In this document: piece by piece, positions 18,406 through 29,012 of the stretch
Numbering within the stretch: position 1 is the stretch's first letter
Layout: the number at the start of each line of letters is the position of its first letter
NCBI GenBank assembly: GCA_965217185.1
Contig: OZ244252.1
Coordinates: 256,001-320,000 of the forward strand
Origin: an uncultured Candidatus Entotheonella sp.
Lineage (GTDB): Bacteria > Tectomicrobia > Entotheonellia > Entotheonellales > Entotheonellaceae
Length of the DNA stretch: 64,000 nt
Reading direction: 5' to 3'
Notes under the pieces: model-generated
The model's input: the letters and a program-made list of their open reading frames with translations, nothing else
Told to the model about the DNA's origin: nothing
Database searches by the model: none
Position numbers and translations under genes: made by a program

Positions 18406-21168
18406 CTACCGCCCATGTCCCCGTCGTCTCGGCTTCCCCCGCCTCGCTGCTTCAAGTGGCGTCCGCATTTTCTCATAGAGCATGAACAGATGCTTGACGC
18501 GCTCGCGCTCCGAGGCGAAGCCACCGGGCCGGTAGAGGCGGTCCACGGCGCGGTCGAGGGCTTGGTGCGCCCGGCGCAGGTTGGGCGGCATGAGGTCAGG
18601 GTCGTAGAGTTCGGCGAGCGTTGCGCCCGGGTGGGTGGCGCGGGCGTCGAGCACGGCTTGCGCAAGGGGTTCCAGTTTCGACAGATTCGCACCTTTGGGC
18701 AGCATCGGGAACGTGTTGTAGACGAGGCCGATGGAGTAGCGGTAATCGCTTTTCAAACGTCCGCCGATGTGGCGCAGCCAGGCCATGTGCATGGTGGAGG
18801 TCAGCAGCGCGAAGTCGGCGAGGGCGGCATCCTGAAGCACGAAGACGAGATCGCTCGGAATCGTCGGCGGTTCCAGCCAGCCGATGGGCACGTACTCCCG
18901 CCGCTCGGAACTCACTTTGGGGATGACCAGAAACGGCGCGGCGGGAAGCACGTTCACGTGATAGAGCGTCGGCGTTTCCGCCAGTTTCACCGTGGGCCTG
19001 CTCTTGCTGGCCTGACGGTACGTGCGGACGGCAACGATGCGTTCCCGCACGCGCGGCAATCGCGCCAACACATTGGGCGCTGCATCATGCAGGGCGAGAA
19101 TCCAGCGCTTGTCGCCTTGCAGGTATTCGCGGGCACCGACAAAAGGGTGCAGGAAAGGCGCGGCGTCCGGTTCTGTTTCCAGTAACGCATCCCGCTCTCC
19201 GGCACTGAAAATGTAGTGGCCGCCATCGATGGGCTTGGAACCAATGATCAGCTTCCCCATCCCGTTGATCGGTCCGCTTGCCTCGTGCACGATCAGGTGC
19301 GAATCGGACAGGCCGCCGGCATCGAACAGGTACGGCGACAGCGCCGGGTGGCGCGTCTCTTCCGGGTCGCCGTTGAGGTCGGGATAGGAAAACAGCCGCT
19401 TCTCGTTGCGCGTGTTGGCGCGCCGGTCCAGGCCGAGGATGACGACGTGCACGTGCGCCTTGCCGCGTGCGTCCGAGCCCCAGGCGAAAGTGCGGTGCGC
19501 GAAGGCGATCTCCAGCCCGCAGCGGTCGAACAGGATCGGCCACAGCTGCCCGACCTGCTCGCCCTGCGTCGTCGAATTGGTGGCCACGAAGCCGATGCGA
19601 GTCTGGCCCTTCGCGTAAGCCCCCGCCTTGATAAGCCAGGCCGAGACGTAATCCAGCGTGCCGCCGCTGCCGCCCAGGCCCGCGATACGGCGCACCTGCG
19701 CGCGCTGCTCAGCGGTCTGGTATTTTGCGCCGACGAAGGGCGGATTGCCCAGCACGTAGGTGCACTGTTTCGCCGGCAGCACTTCCGACCAGTCCATTTC
19801 CAGGGCGTCGCCGTGGGCGATATGCGGCGCCTTCTGCAAGGGGATGCGCCGGTAGAGCCGTCCGAACTCCAGGCTGAAGCGGTTGTTCATGATGTGGTCC
19901 ATGATCCACAGCGCGATTTCCGCAATACGGGCCGGGAACTCGCCGAGCTCGATGCCGTAGAACTGATCGACATCCACGCGGGACAAGTACGCCACGGCGC
20001 GAAGCTCTCGAAGGATGTCGATCTCAAGCAGGCGCAGTTCCCGATAGGAGATGATGAGGAAGTTGCCGCAGCCGCAGGCCGGGTCGAGGAATCGCAGTTG
20101 GCCCAGCTTCTCCTGGAATCGCAGCAAATCGACGCGGCGGCGGTTGTCCCGACGGGACTTCAGGCGCGCGAATTCGGCACGCAAGTCGTCCAGGAACAGC
20201 GGCTCGATGACCTTCAGGATGTTCTGTTCGGTGGTGTAGTGGGCGCCCTGGGCGCGGCGCTCCGCCGGCTCCATGACCGATTGGAACAGCGCCCCGAAGA
20301 TGGCCGGCGAGATGTTCGACCAATCGAAGCGGCAGGCGTTGAGCAGCGCCGCCCGCATGGCCGCGTCGAAGAACGGGATGGACAATGGCCCGTCGAACAG
20401 GGCGCCGTTGACGTAGGGGAAGCGGGCGAGGTCTTCGTCGAGGGTTGTCTGGCGCTCGGCTTCCGGGGTGTTCAGCACCTGGAACAGTTCAGTCAGCCGC
20501 GAGCCGGTGTCCGAGCCATCCTCGCTGGTGCGGGTTTCGATGAAGTCCAGGAAGATGTCGCGCGGCTCGAAGATGCCGGTGTCGTCGGCGAACAGGCAGA
20601 AGACGATGCGCACCAGGAAGCGTTCCAGGTCGTGGCCCTGGTAGCCCGAGGCGGCGAGCGCGTCGTGCAGCAGCCCCACCAACTCGGCGGCTTTGATGTT
20701 GGCCGGGTCCTGATCGCGGAAGGTGCGGCGCTGCACGCCGAGGATGAAGCCGAATTTCTCGACGTGGGCGTGCAGGTCGGCGAGCGCAAAGGCGGCGGTG
20801 TCTCGTTCGTCGAGGTCGTGCAACTCGAAGGTCTGGAAGTCGCTGACCAGGACGTAGCGGGGACGCTGGTTCTCGGGCAGGGCGTCGACGTAGTCTCCGG
20901 CCTGCTCGTAGGCGCGGGCGAGGTCGCGCCCGGCGCTTTTCTGCTCGACGATCAGGACACCGGGCCAGAACAGGTCGATGAAGCCGCGCCGGTCGTCCAG
21001 CTTCGCCACGTGAGCCTCGTAGCGCGCGACGGTGCGGCGCTCGACCCCGAAGATCTGGAAGAAGTCGTTGTAGAAGCTCTGCGTTTCGCCCTTCTCGTAG
21101 GCCGCCTCCCGCCACTTGTCGGCGAAGGCGGCGGCGCGAACGCGAACTTCATTCCAGGATAGGCGCAT
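18406..21168 (-). CDS. MmeI-like Type IIL/IIG fused restriction-modification enzyme
   Basis: IDLFWPG..EQKS nuclease, GAHYT, FLDPACGCGNF, GNPPF, RLKSDYRYS. Confidence 0.88.
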   Translation of the reverse strand: MRLSWNEVRVRAAAFADKWREAAYEKGETQSFYNDFFQIFGVERRTVARYEAHVAKLDDRRGFIDLFWPGVLIVEQKSAGRDLARAYEQAGDYVDALPENQRPRYVLVSDFQTFELHDLDERDTAAFALADLHAHVEKFGFILGVQRRTFRDQDPANIKAAELVGLLHDALAASGYQGHDLERFLVRIVFCLFADDTGIFEPRDIFLDFIETRTSEDGSDTGSRLTELFQVLNTPEAERQTTLDEDLARFPYVNGALFDGPLSIPFFDAAMRAALLNACRFDWSNISPAIFGALFQSVMEPAERRAQGAHYTTEQNILKVIEPLFLDDLRAEFARLKSRRDNRRRVDLLRFQEKLGQLRFLDPACGCGNFLIISYRELRLLEIDILRELRAVAYLSRVDVDQFYGIELGEFPARIAEIALWIMDHIMNNRFSLEFGRLYRRIPLQKAPHIAHGDALEMDWSEVLPAKQCTYVLGNPPFVGAKYQTAEQRAQVRRIAGLGGSGGTLDYVSAWLIKAGAYAKGQTRIGFVATNSTTQGEQVGQLWPILFDRCGLEIAFAHRTFAWGSDARGKAHVHVVILGLDRRANTRNEKRLFSYPDLNGDPEETRHPALSPYLFDAGGLSDSHLIVHEASGPINGMGKLIIGSKPIDGGHYIFSAGERDALLETEPDAAPFLHPFVGAREYLQGDKRWILALHDAAPNVLARLPRVRERIVAVRTYRQASKSRPTVKLAETPTLYHVNVLPAAPFLVIPKVSSERREYVPIGWLEPPTIPSDLVFVLQDAALADFALLTSTMHMAWLRHIGGRLKSDYRYSIGLVYNTFPMLPKGANLSKLEPLAQAVLDARATHPGATLAELYDPDLMPPNLRRAHQALDRAVDRLYRPGGFASERERVKHLFMLYEKMRTPLEAARRGKPRRRGHGR

Positions 21169-21290
21169 GGTGTTAGTCTGAACGATGAGTCATTAGGCAA
21201 GCCAAGCAAGAGGCAGGGCGGTGGGGCAAGCGATTCACCTGTTTTTCAATTAACACCATACTGTTCGGGCCTGGGCATCCCGTTATGGCG

Positions 21291-21509
21291 CTATTCGGAA
21301 TGGGTCTCACGTTCCCTTGACCGAGTTGCTGTCGGGGGTGACTGGCCGGTGCCTCCTTCAGGTGGCTTAGGTAGGTTTTGGGTTGATTGCTCGTTCTGGG
21401 GAGCCTGGGCACTGTTTACTGGTTGGCACCCTTTCTCAAATGGACGATACCCACGCCGCGTCTCACCGGACTGCGTCGATGTTGTCGTATTCGGACGATT
21501 CCTTGCCAT
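21291..21509 (-). CDS. Small Pro/Gly/Gln-rich peptide following DUF6338 gene
   Basis: ATG 4 bp after upstream stop with GAGGA; RGYRP / KGCQP and PKPPEGGTG motifs. Confidence 0.55.
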   Translation of the reverse strand: MARNRPNTTTSTQSGETRRGYRPFEKGCQPVNSAQAPQNEQSTQNLPKPPEGGTGQSPPTATRSRERETHSE

Positions 21510-21513
21510 TGCG

Positions 21514-22113
21514 CTATTCCTCTGGAAGGGTGAAAAACTCGATCAGATCATACTGATCCTTTCGTATGATTACTCCTCTCGATCGATTCACGGGTTCCTT
21601 GAATTTTCCATCTTCATCCACACGAGATACGGCTTCCAGATAAATTTCACCCTCTGTTGGAAACGATGCCGCATAGGACTGGAAACCGTAGTATCCACCG
21701 ATCTTAGAACCATTCTTGAGTTGCACCAAGACGAAAACTCGCTCCCGGCGTCCGAAGAAGTAATCCCAGGCAGTTGGATACGGCAACTGAATCTTCGAAG
21801 CCAACCACTGCCATCTCAAGAGACGCTGAAACAAAAAAGGCCAAGCTGCTGGTATCGCAAGCAAGACCACCATCAAGCCTGTCGTGTACCAGTAAGGATG
21901 ATTCTCCAGAAAATCATCCCTGTGAATCGGTACGAGAATCGGCAAGCACACAGCGAGGTTGAGGCTGCTGTAAAAAAGGGCCTGTACAAGTCCGGTCTTC
22001 CATTCAATCTCTCGCGCCGCGAAAAGAAGCCGGTATACGTGCATGGAAACGAGCCCGGGTACCACCAAGACAAGAAATAGTGAGTACGACTCCAGATCAG
22101 GAGCGATTTTCAT
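21514..22113 (-). CDS. DUF6338-like membrane protein
   Basis: LVVPG TM start, PTAWDYFF, KIGGYYG, IYLE motifs. Confidence 0.7.
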   Translation of the reverse strand: MKIAPDLESYSLFLVLVVPGLVSMHVYRLLFAAREIEWKTGLVQALFYSSLNLAVCLPILVPIHRDDFLENHPYWYTTGLMVVLLAIPAAWPFLFQRLLRWQWLASKIQLPYPTAWDYFFGRRERVFVLVQLKNGSKIGGYYGFQSYAASFPTEGEIYLEAVSRVDEDGKFKEPVNRSRGVIIRKDQYDLIEFFTLPEE

Positions 22114-22181
22114 ATTGCGGTCTCTTCAGAAAATGCCGATGTCGTCGACGGGCCGAGCTTGTTTCACGACAGTCGCACGGC

Positions 22182-23111
22182 CTACACGGCTTCCTGCTCG
22201 AAATAGTCTTCGTCGATCCGTTTGATCTCATGGCGAATCCGGGTGCGCACGCCGATATCATGCTCGACCATCAGGCGGGCCAGTTCTTCCCCGTCGATCA
22301 GGACGATGCGCTTCGGACTCCGCTTTACATACTCCTTGGCAGCGGGTGTGAAAGCGGCGGTGGTAACGAAGACGCCCTTGGTCGTGCCTGCCGCGTCGAT
22401 CGCCCCGGCGAAGTTTCGCAGGTCGCTTTCGCCCACGGTGTGACCGTCGGCATACTTCTTCGCCTGAATATAAACCTCGTCCAGACCGAGTGTGTCCTCC
22501 TTGATCGTGCCGTCAATCCCGCCATCGCCTGAACGTCCGGTGACATGGCCCATCGCGGCATCGCCGCCGCCGTAGCCCATCGCGATCAACAGGTCAACGA
22601 TCACCTGTTCGAGAAACGCTGGGGCCGCTTTACGAACCCGGTCCAGCACCTCGGCTTCCAGCGCATCGCGCAATTGCTGGACGGCATGATGCAATGCCTC
22701 TTCCGGGGTGTCCGTGGATTCGTCGGGTGGTGCGGGTTTGGCGTCCTTACTTGGCGAAGGCGTAATCGCTTTCTTTGTCCCTTCCCAAAAACCCGGGTAG
22801 GTGCGGAGTACCTCCAGATCAACCCGCGCAGGTGTCTGGGCTAGCAACCGCTTGCCTTCCGCTGTCAACCGATAGACGCCGCGGCGTATTCGTTCCACCA
22901 GATTGGCGCGCCCCATGTATTGCATTGCCCAATGCACCCGGTCTACGAACACTGTCCGGCTACCACCGGGAAGCATCTCCCGCAGGCTGTCTGGCGTCAG
23001 CGCTTCGGCTTTAGCGACACCCTTACGCACCTCGGAAATCGGTGTTTCCGCAACATCGGCGAGTGCCCTGAGCACTGGTAGCATGAGTGATTGATAGTCA
23101 GGAACAGGCAT
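22182..23111 (-). CDS. mrr: Mrr-family (Type IV) restriction endonuclease
   Basis: VPDYQSLMLPVL N-domain; SGDGGIDG..IQAKKY; KGVFVTT; IDGEEL. Confidence 0.92.
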   Translation of the reverse strand: MPVPDYQSLMLPVLRALADVAETPISEVRKGVAKAEALTPDSLREMLPGGSRTVFVDRVHWAMQYMGRANLVERIRRGVYRLTAEGKRLLAQTPARVDLEVLRTYPGFWEGTKKAITPSPSKDAKPAPPDESTDTPEEALHHAVQQLRDALEAEVLDRVRKAAPAFLEQVIVDLLIAMGYGGGDAAMGHVTGRSGDGGIDGTIKEDTLGLDEVYIQAKKYADGHTVGESDLRNFAGAIDAAGTTKGVFVTTAAFTPAAKEYVKRSPKRIVLIDGEELARLMVEHDIGVRTRIRHEIKRIDEDYFEQEAV

Positions 23112-23164
23112 CAGTTGTCCTATAAGCAAGTCATCCGAGATACAGAGCGCAGGGGCGGTTCGTC

Positions 23165-23494
23165 TTAGCAGGTGTCGTCTACGGTGTCGCGGTCGAGCTC
23201 CGCGGCTAGGTTGCGGGCGCCGTGGAGAAGGCGCGCAACTCGAATGCCGTCATCTGTGGATTCATAGACGATGATGAAGCGCTTCATCACGACGAAGTAG
23301 CGGAACGTGTGTCCTGGCGGATCGAGGTCTTTGTTGGTGCGGCCGAGAAGGGGAGATGCTGCGAGAGTGTCCAGCGTCGCCTGGAACTGTTCGCGCAGCC
23401 GGCGAGCCGATCGGACGCCAAACCGCCTCACGGTGTAGGCTGTGATTTCCCTGCGATCAAGCCTGGCCGCCATGGAAAGAACGACCCGGCTCAT
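23165..23494 (-). CDS. ParE/RelE family toxin
   Basis: [18 protein letters not shown]; overlaps antitoxin stop. Confidence 0.85.
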   Translation of the reverse strand: MSRVVLSMAARLDRREITAYTVRRFGVRSARRLREQFQATLDTLAASPLLGRTNKDLDPPGHTFRYFVVMKRFIIVYESTDDGIRVARLLHGARNLAAELDRDTVDDTC

Positions 23495-23787
23495 TCGGAC
23501 GCTCGGCGTTCGGCTTCTTCCAGAGCGTCCAGTTCCTCTTCCCATTCACGGAAGAAGGTCTCGCCGTCCACAACTTCGCCCCGGTCAAGTTGGCCGGCGC
23601 CCTCCCGGATAAGCGTGCGGAGCCGCATGAGCTCGGCTTGGCGCCGCTCTTGTCGATCTTCGAGCAGTCGCACGGCTTCCCTTACCACCTCGCTCGTCGA
23701 CTGGTAACGCCCCGACGCGACGCAGGAGGCGAGGAACTCAGCCTGCTGCGGCGTGAAGGACACGCTTATGTTTTCTCGCTTCGCCAC
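23491..23787 (-). CDS. ParD-family (RHH) antitoxin
   Basis: [30 protein letters not shown]. Confidence 0.88.
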   Translation of the reverse strand: MAKRENISVSFTPQQAEFLASCVASGRYQSTSEVVREAVRLLEDRQERRQAELMRLRTLIREGAGQLDRGEVVDGETFFREWEEELDALEEAERRASE

Positions 23788-23904
23788 CTAGGACTCCTCC
23801 ATCTGCGCGTAGGCTGTCTGACATTGTGGCACACGGTTTTATAAAGGCGCGCTTCGGAAATGGGTGTCTTTCTCCGCCCCGGGGGTCGTCCACACTCCAG
23901 AACA

Positions 23905-24720
23905 CTACACGGCGACGGGGAATTTAATGAAGGCGTGGCAGCGGTAATCCAGCAGGGTGAAATCCTCGAAGCGCAGGTCGAAGAAGGGCTTGCGGCGGAT
24001 TTGGACGCGGGGCAGGGGAAACGGCTCGCGCTTCAACTGGGTGCGCAGGCCGTCCACGTGGTCGAGGTAGATGTGGGCGTCGCCGAGGGTGTGGACGAAG
24101 ACGCCCGGCTGCAGGTCGCACTCCTGCGCCACCATCATGAGGAGCAGGGCGTAGCTGGCGATGTTGAACGGCACGCCGACCGCCAGATCGGCCGAGCGCT
24201 GATACACTTGCAGGTCGAGCCGCTCGTCGGCGACGTAGAACTGCATCAACAGGTGGCACGGCGGCAGGGCCATGTCGGGCAGATCGGCGACGTTCCAGGC
24301 GCTCACGACGATGCGTCGGGAGTATGGCTCGTTCTTGATGGTGTCAATCGCCTGACGGATTTGATCGACGTGGCTCTCCGTGAGTTCGCCCGTCTCCTTG
24401 TTCCGCGCATAGCGCGGCCACTTGCGCCACTGGTATCCGTAGATGGGGCCTAATTCGCCGTCATCGTTGGCCCACGGGTTCCAGATGGGGGTGTGGGCCG
24501 CCAAGCCGTCGTGGATGTTGGTCGAGCCGCGCAGGAACCACAAAAGCTCCCGCAGCACGGCGTCAAACAGCACCTTCTTGGTGGTGACGAGCGGGAAGCC
24601 CTGCCGCAGGTCGTAGCGCGCCTGTAGTCCGAACAGGGACAGCGCCTTCATCTCCGTGCGATTGGCCCGCTCCACGCCGTTGTCCAGCACATTGCGAATG
24701 AGTTCCAAATAGGCCTTCAC
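23905..24720 (-). CDS. thyA: Thymidylate synthase
   Basis: [37 protein letters not shown]. Confidence 0.97.
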   Translation of the reverse strand: MKAYLELIRNVLDNGVERANRTEMKALSLFGLQARYDLRQGFPLVTTKKVLFDAVLRELLWFLRGSTNIHDGLAAHTPIWNPWANDDGELGPIYGYQWRKWPRYARNKETGELTESHVDQIRQAIDTIKNEPYSRRIVVSAWNVADLPDMALPPCHLLMQFYVADERLDLQVYQRSADLAVGVPFNIASYALLLMMVAQECDLQPGVFVHTLGDAHIYLDHVDGLRTQLKREPFPLPRVQIRRKPFFDLRFEDFTLLDYRCHAFIKFPVAV

Positions 24721-24919
24721 GCTACCACTCCGACCACCTTCAGCACGCCGCGAAACATGGTATACTCCCCGCCGCTCACGCGAGAGAACAGAATCGGCGC
24801 ATTTTTCCACACCCCTTGTACCTCGTCAATGCGGGTTCCCCGCGTTCGCCTTACGTTCTCAGAAGCTCAGAAGTCGCCCATTGTTTAATGGCCCTCAATG
24901 AAATACGGAGATTTTTGTC

Positions 24920-25954
24920 ATGACGTTATACCCGCTTGCCGTCCCCGCCCGTTGGCTAACCTTGTTGCCCTGCGCCATGCTGCTCCTGCCGTTTTGCCTG
25001 CCGGCACTGGCCGCTGACCTGCCCGAGGTGGTCGCGACGGTACACGACCAGCCCATTTCCGCGGAAGAGCTGAGCGCCTCCATGCGCGGCCAGCTCCTGC
25101 AGATGGACATGGAGCGTTACGAGGCCATGAAGGCACAACTCGACTCCCTCGTCGCCGAGCGCCTCACCGCCCTGGAAGCGGCGGAGCGCGGCATGAGCGT
25201 GGAGGAATTCGAGCGCGTCGAAGTTTTCGCCAAAATGGAGCCCGTAACCCCCGAACAAGTCAGGGCCTTTTACGACGGCAACAAAGAACGGCTGTCGCGC
25301 CCGTTCGAGGAATTGGAGGGTCGCATCATGGCTCACCTGCAGCGACAGTCGGAGGCCCGGCGCCGCGCGGCATTGGGGCGCGAATTGCGGCAACGCTACC
25401 CGGTGAAGATTGCGCTGGCACCGCCCCGGGCTGACGTTGGCGCCGATGACGACCCGTTCATGGGGCCGCAGGACGCACCCGTCACCCTGGTCGAATTTTC
25501 CGATTTCCAATGCCCCTACTGCCGCCGCGTGCAGTCCGTGCTCAAGCGGCTCATGACCGCCTACCACGGCCAGTTGAAGCTCGTCTTCCGCGATTTTCCG
25601 CTGCGGCAGATTCACCCGGAGGCGCAAAAGGCCGCCGAAGCCGCGCAATGCGCCAACGATCAGGGGCAGTTCTGGCAATATCACGACCGCCTGTTCGCTG
25701 TAACCGAGCTGGGGGTCGAGGCCCTCAAGCAATACGCCGTGGAACTGGGTCTCGACGCTGAGGGCTTCAACACCTGCCTGGATTCCGAAAAATACAGCCA
25801 AGAGGTGCAGAAAGATATTGACGATGCCATTGCCGCCGGGGTCAACGCCACACCGTCGTTTTTCGTCAATGGCCTGCCGATCAACGGCGCCGTGCCCTTC
25901 GAGCGCTTCGTGGAGATGGTCGAGCTGGCGTTGGAGCGGGCCAACGGCCAATAA
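24920..25954 (+). CDS. DsbA-family thioredoxin with N-terminal SurA-like helical domain
   Basis: Signal peptide; FSDFQCPYC, GVNATPSFFVNG. Confidence 0.88.
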   Translation: MTLYPLAVPARWLTLLPCAMLLLPFCLPALAADLPEVVATVHDQPISAEELSASMRGQLLQMDMERYEAMKAQLDSLVAERLTALEAAERGMSVEEFERVEVFAKMEPVTPEQVRAFYDGNKERLSRPFEELEGRIMAHLQRQSEARRRAALGRELRQRYPVKIALAPPRADVGADDDPFMGPQDAPVTLVEFSDFQCPYCRRVQSVLKRLMTAYHGQLKLVFRDFPLRQIHPEAQKAAEAAQCANDQGQFWQYHDRLFAVTELGVEALKQYAVELGLDAEGFNTCLDSEKYSQEVQKDIDDAIAAGVNATPSFFVNGLPINGAVPFERFVEMVELALERANGQ

Positions 25955-25995
25955 AGCGGTGGTGTCAGGGCAAGGAGAGGGGTTGAGGAGGTAGC

Positions 25996-26826
25996 ATGGA
26001 GGTCTCAGAGGCTCGGCGCCGTTTTACGGCGTACATCGCGCGCGCGCCGGAGGACTTCCGCTTGGCCGAAGGGGCGCTTCTCATTGCTCTGGAAGCCTAT
26101 CCCGACCTCGACGTCGATGCCTGTCTGCGACGCCTCGACGGCATGGCGGAAACGATCTCGGCCCGCCTGGGCCTGGAGCTCGAACCCCGCCGCATCGTGT
26201 CGCACATCAACGCCTTTCTCTTCAAAGAACAGGGCTTTCGCGACAATCGCAGGGACTACTACGACACCCGCAACAGCTTCCTGAACGAGGTGCTGGACCG
26301 CAAGGTCGGCATCCCGATCACCCTCTCCATTGTCTATCTCGACATCGGCCGCCGCATTGGCCTGCCGGTCAACGGCGTCGGCCTGCCGGGACACTTCGTC
26401 GTGCAATACGGCGCCCAACCCGAGCCGTTCTACATTGACCCGTTTCACGGTGGCAAGATTCTCTCGAAACAGGACTGCGCTGCCCGCGTAGCGCAAATCT
26501 ACGGCCAGGACCTGCCGTGGCAGGAGTCGTATCTCGACGCGGTCAGCGACCTGCACATCCTGGCGCGCGTGCTGAACAATCTGAAAGTCATCTACGTGCG
26601 CAAGGGTGCCCACGAATTGGCCCTCGGCGCTGTGGATCGCCTCATTCTCCTGAAACCGGATGTTCCCTCCGAAATACGTGATCGCGGTCTGTTGCGCGCT
26701 CAGCTTGGCCAACTGCGCAGAGCCCTGGAAGACCTGACCACCTATCTGGAAGCTTGTCCCGAGGCGCCCGATGTCCCGGCTATGCGTCGCCACGTTGCGG
26801 CGCTGCAGCGGGGCCTGCGCGGCTGA
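25996..26826 (+). CDS. SirB1/transglutaminase-like TPR protein
   Basis: NSFLNEVLDRKVGIPITLS, GLPGHF, IDPF, RDRGL. Confidence 0.88.
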   Translation: MEVSEARRRFTAYIARAPEDFRLAEGALLIALEAYPDLDVDACLRRLDGMAETISARLGLELEPRRIVSHINAFLFKEQGFRDNRRDYYDTRNSFLNEVLDRKVGIPITLSIVYLDIGRRIGLPVNGVGLPGHFVVQYGAQPEPFYIDPFHGGKILSKQDCAARVAQIYGQDLPWQESYLDAVSDLHILARVLNNLKVIYVRKGAHELALGAVDRLILLKPDVPSEIRDRGLLRAQLGQLRRALEDLTTYLEACPEAPDVPAMRRHVAALQRGLRG

Positions 26827-26964
26827 ACAGGCCGACGCAAGCGGCTATTTTTCGCTGGTTTCGCGCCCTCTCGCAGATATAATGAACCGCGTTTGTACCG
26901 TACCGACGGCACCTCGCAGGAGGCCGACAAACACGCGCAGCAGCGCGCTGCAAAGGAGAGTTGC

Positions 26965-28410
26965 ATGGCGCTCAGAACGCCACAGGAATACATCGCCAGC
27001 CTGCAAGACGGGCGCGTGGTCTACTACAAAGGGGAGCGGGTGAAGGACGTGACCAGCCACCCCACCCTGAGCGTCGCCGTCAAGCACGCCTGCATCGACT
27101 ACGAGATGGCGGAGGACCCGACACACCGCGACCTCGCCGTCATCGACGACGACCACGTCGGCGAAACCATCAGCCGCTACTACCATCTGCCCCGCAACAG
27201 CGACGACCTGCTCAAGCGCAGCAAGCTCATCGAGACCGCTACCGCCCTGGGCCGCACCCTGGTGGTGCTGATCAAGGAGATCGGCACCGATGCCCTCTTC
27301 GCCCTGCACATGGTGGCGCGGCACATGGACGACAGCCTCAAGACCGATTACCTGCCGCGCGTGCAGGCGTTTTACCGCCACTGCGCCACCCAGGACTTGG
27401 CCATCGCCGTGGCCCAGACCGACGTGAAGGGCGACCGCGGCCGGCCGCCTTCGCAGCAGATTCATCCCGATTACTACGTGCGTATCGTCGACGAAAGGCC
27501 GGACGGCATCGTGGTGCGCGGCGCCAAAATCCACACCTCGGTGATGACCAATTCCAACGAGGTGATCGTGTTGCCGACGCGCAACATGTCCGAGGCCGAC
27601 CGCGATTACGCCGTGGCCTTCGCCATCCCCGTCGACACCCCCGGTCTGAAGATGATCTGCAGCCCGTACGGCGCGCCGCGGCACGGCAACTTCGATCACC
27701 CCATCACCTCACGGCACAAGATGACCGAAACGCTGACGGTGTTTGACGACGTGTTCGTGCCGCGCGAGCGGGTCTTCCTGCAAAAGGAGTGGCAATACGC
27801 CGGCGTGCTGGCCAAGACGTTCGTCGAGTTTCACCGCTTCACCGCCATCTCCTACAAGCTGCCCCTCACCGACACCCTGGCGGGCGCCGCGCAACTGATC
27901 GCCGACTACAACGGCCTGCTGCGGGCCGGCCACATCCGCGAGAAGATCACCCGCCTCATCGCCTATACGCAAACCCTGCGCGCCCTCACCACGCAGGCCG
28001 CTCTGGCCTGTCGCGTGGCCGAGGAGGGCATCGCGGTGCCCAGTCCGCTGCTGGTCAATATCGCCAAGCTGCACTTCGCCGAGAATTATCACGAGATGAT
28101 CGGCGCCCTGCAGGACATCAGCGGCGGCATCCTGGTGACGGCGCCCGGCGAGGAGGACCTGCTGAACCCGGAGACACGCCCCCTCATCGAGAAATACCTC
28201 GGGGGCCGGGAAGGGGTGTCGGCTGCGGACCGCCTGCGGGCGCTCAACATGATTTCGGAGTTGACGGCGGCGGATTTCGGGGGTTATCAGGCGGTGCTGG
28301 CGATCCACGCCGAGGGGTCCATCGAGGCGGAAAAGATGACCATTCACCGCGAATACGATTTTCAGGACAGTCTCAAGCTCGCCAAATACGTGGCCGGCCT
28401 CGACACCTGA
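26965..28410 (+). CDS. 4-hydroxyphenylacetate 3-hydroxylase / 4-hydroxybutyryl-CoA dehydratase family flavoprotein
   Basis: YIASLQDGR, TDVKGDR, VRGAKIH, FDDVFVP; RBS AAGGAG. Confidence 0.85.
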   Translation: MALRTPQEYIASLQDGRVVYYKGERVKDVTSHPTLSVAVKHACIDYEMAEDPTHRDLAVIDDDHVGETISRYYHLPRNSDDLLKRSKLIETATALGRTLVVLIKEIGTDALFALHMVARHMDDSLKTDYLPRVQAFYRHCATQDLAIAVAQTDVKGDRGRPPSQQIHPDYYVRIVDERPDGIVVRGAKIHTSVMTNSNEVIVLPTRNMSEADRDYAVAFAIPVDTPGLKMICSPYGAPRHGNFDHPITSRHKMTETLTVFDDVFVPRERVFLQKEWQYAGVLAKTFVEFHRFTAISYKLPLTDTLAGAAQLIADYNGLLRAGHIREKITRLIAYTQTLRALTTQAALACRVAEEGIAVPSPLLVNIAKLHFAENYHEMIGALQDISGGILVTAPGEEDLLNPETRPLIEKYLGGREGVSAADRLRALNMISELTAADFGGYQAVLAIHAEGSIEAEKMTIHREYDFQDSLKLAKYVAGLDT

Positions 28411-28476
28411 GGCGCGCCGCGCACGAGCCCCGGCATCGCCCGGGTGTCCTCGTTCTAAGTCCAGAAGGGAAATACT

Positions 28477-28977
28477 ATGCCATTCGATCCAGCGCTGTTC
28501 CGGCAGGTGCTCGGCCGCTTCGCCACGGGTGTGACGGTGATTACCACCTGCAAGGGAGATTCCAAGCACGGCATGACGGCGAACGCCTTCACGTCCGTGT
28601 CTCTTGACCCGCCGCTGATCCTCGTGAGCGTCGATAAGAAGGCCGACATGCACGACTGGCTGATAGACTCGGGTGTCTTCTGCGTCAACATCCTGCCGGA
28701 GCACCGCCGTGCCTGGTCCGACTGGTGGGCCGGCAAGGCGCCCAAGGACGGCGATCAGTTCGCCGATATACCCCACAGCGCGAAGGAGACCGGCAGCCCG
28801 GTGCTGGACGAATGTCTCGGCTTCCTTGATTGCAAGGTCTGGGCGCGCTACGAGGGCGGCGACCACACCCTGTTCGTGGGCGAGGTGCAGGAGGCCGCGG
28901 TGAGCGAGGACGAAAGCCTGCGGCCATTGCTCTTTTTCGCCAGCAAGTACGGCAAGTTGCAGGCGGAAGAAGGGTAG
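28477..28977 (+). CDS. Flavin reductase (HpaC-like)
   Basis: FATGVTVIT, SVSLDPPL, GDHTLFVG. Confidence 0.92.
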   Translation: MPFDPALFRQVLGRFATGVTVITTCKGDSKHGMTANAFTSVSLDPPLILVSVDKKADMHDWLIDSGVFCVNILPEHRRAWSDWWAGKAPKDGDQFADIPHSAKETGSPVLDECLGFLDCKVWARYEGGDHTLFVGEVQEAAVSEDESLRPLLFFASKYGKLQAEEG

Positions 28978-29012
28978 GGTGCCGGCGCTGCGCCGGGCGG
29001 AACGGGCCGGGT

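Noticed and set aside
23827..23843. TGGCAC sigma54-like half site
   Set aside because: No TTGC at -12 and no gene in that orientation
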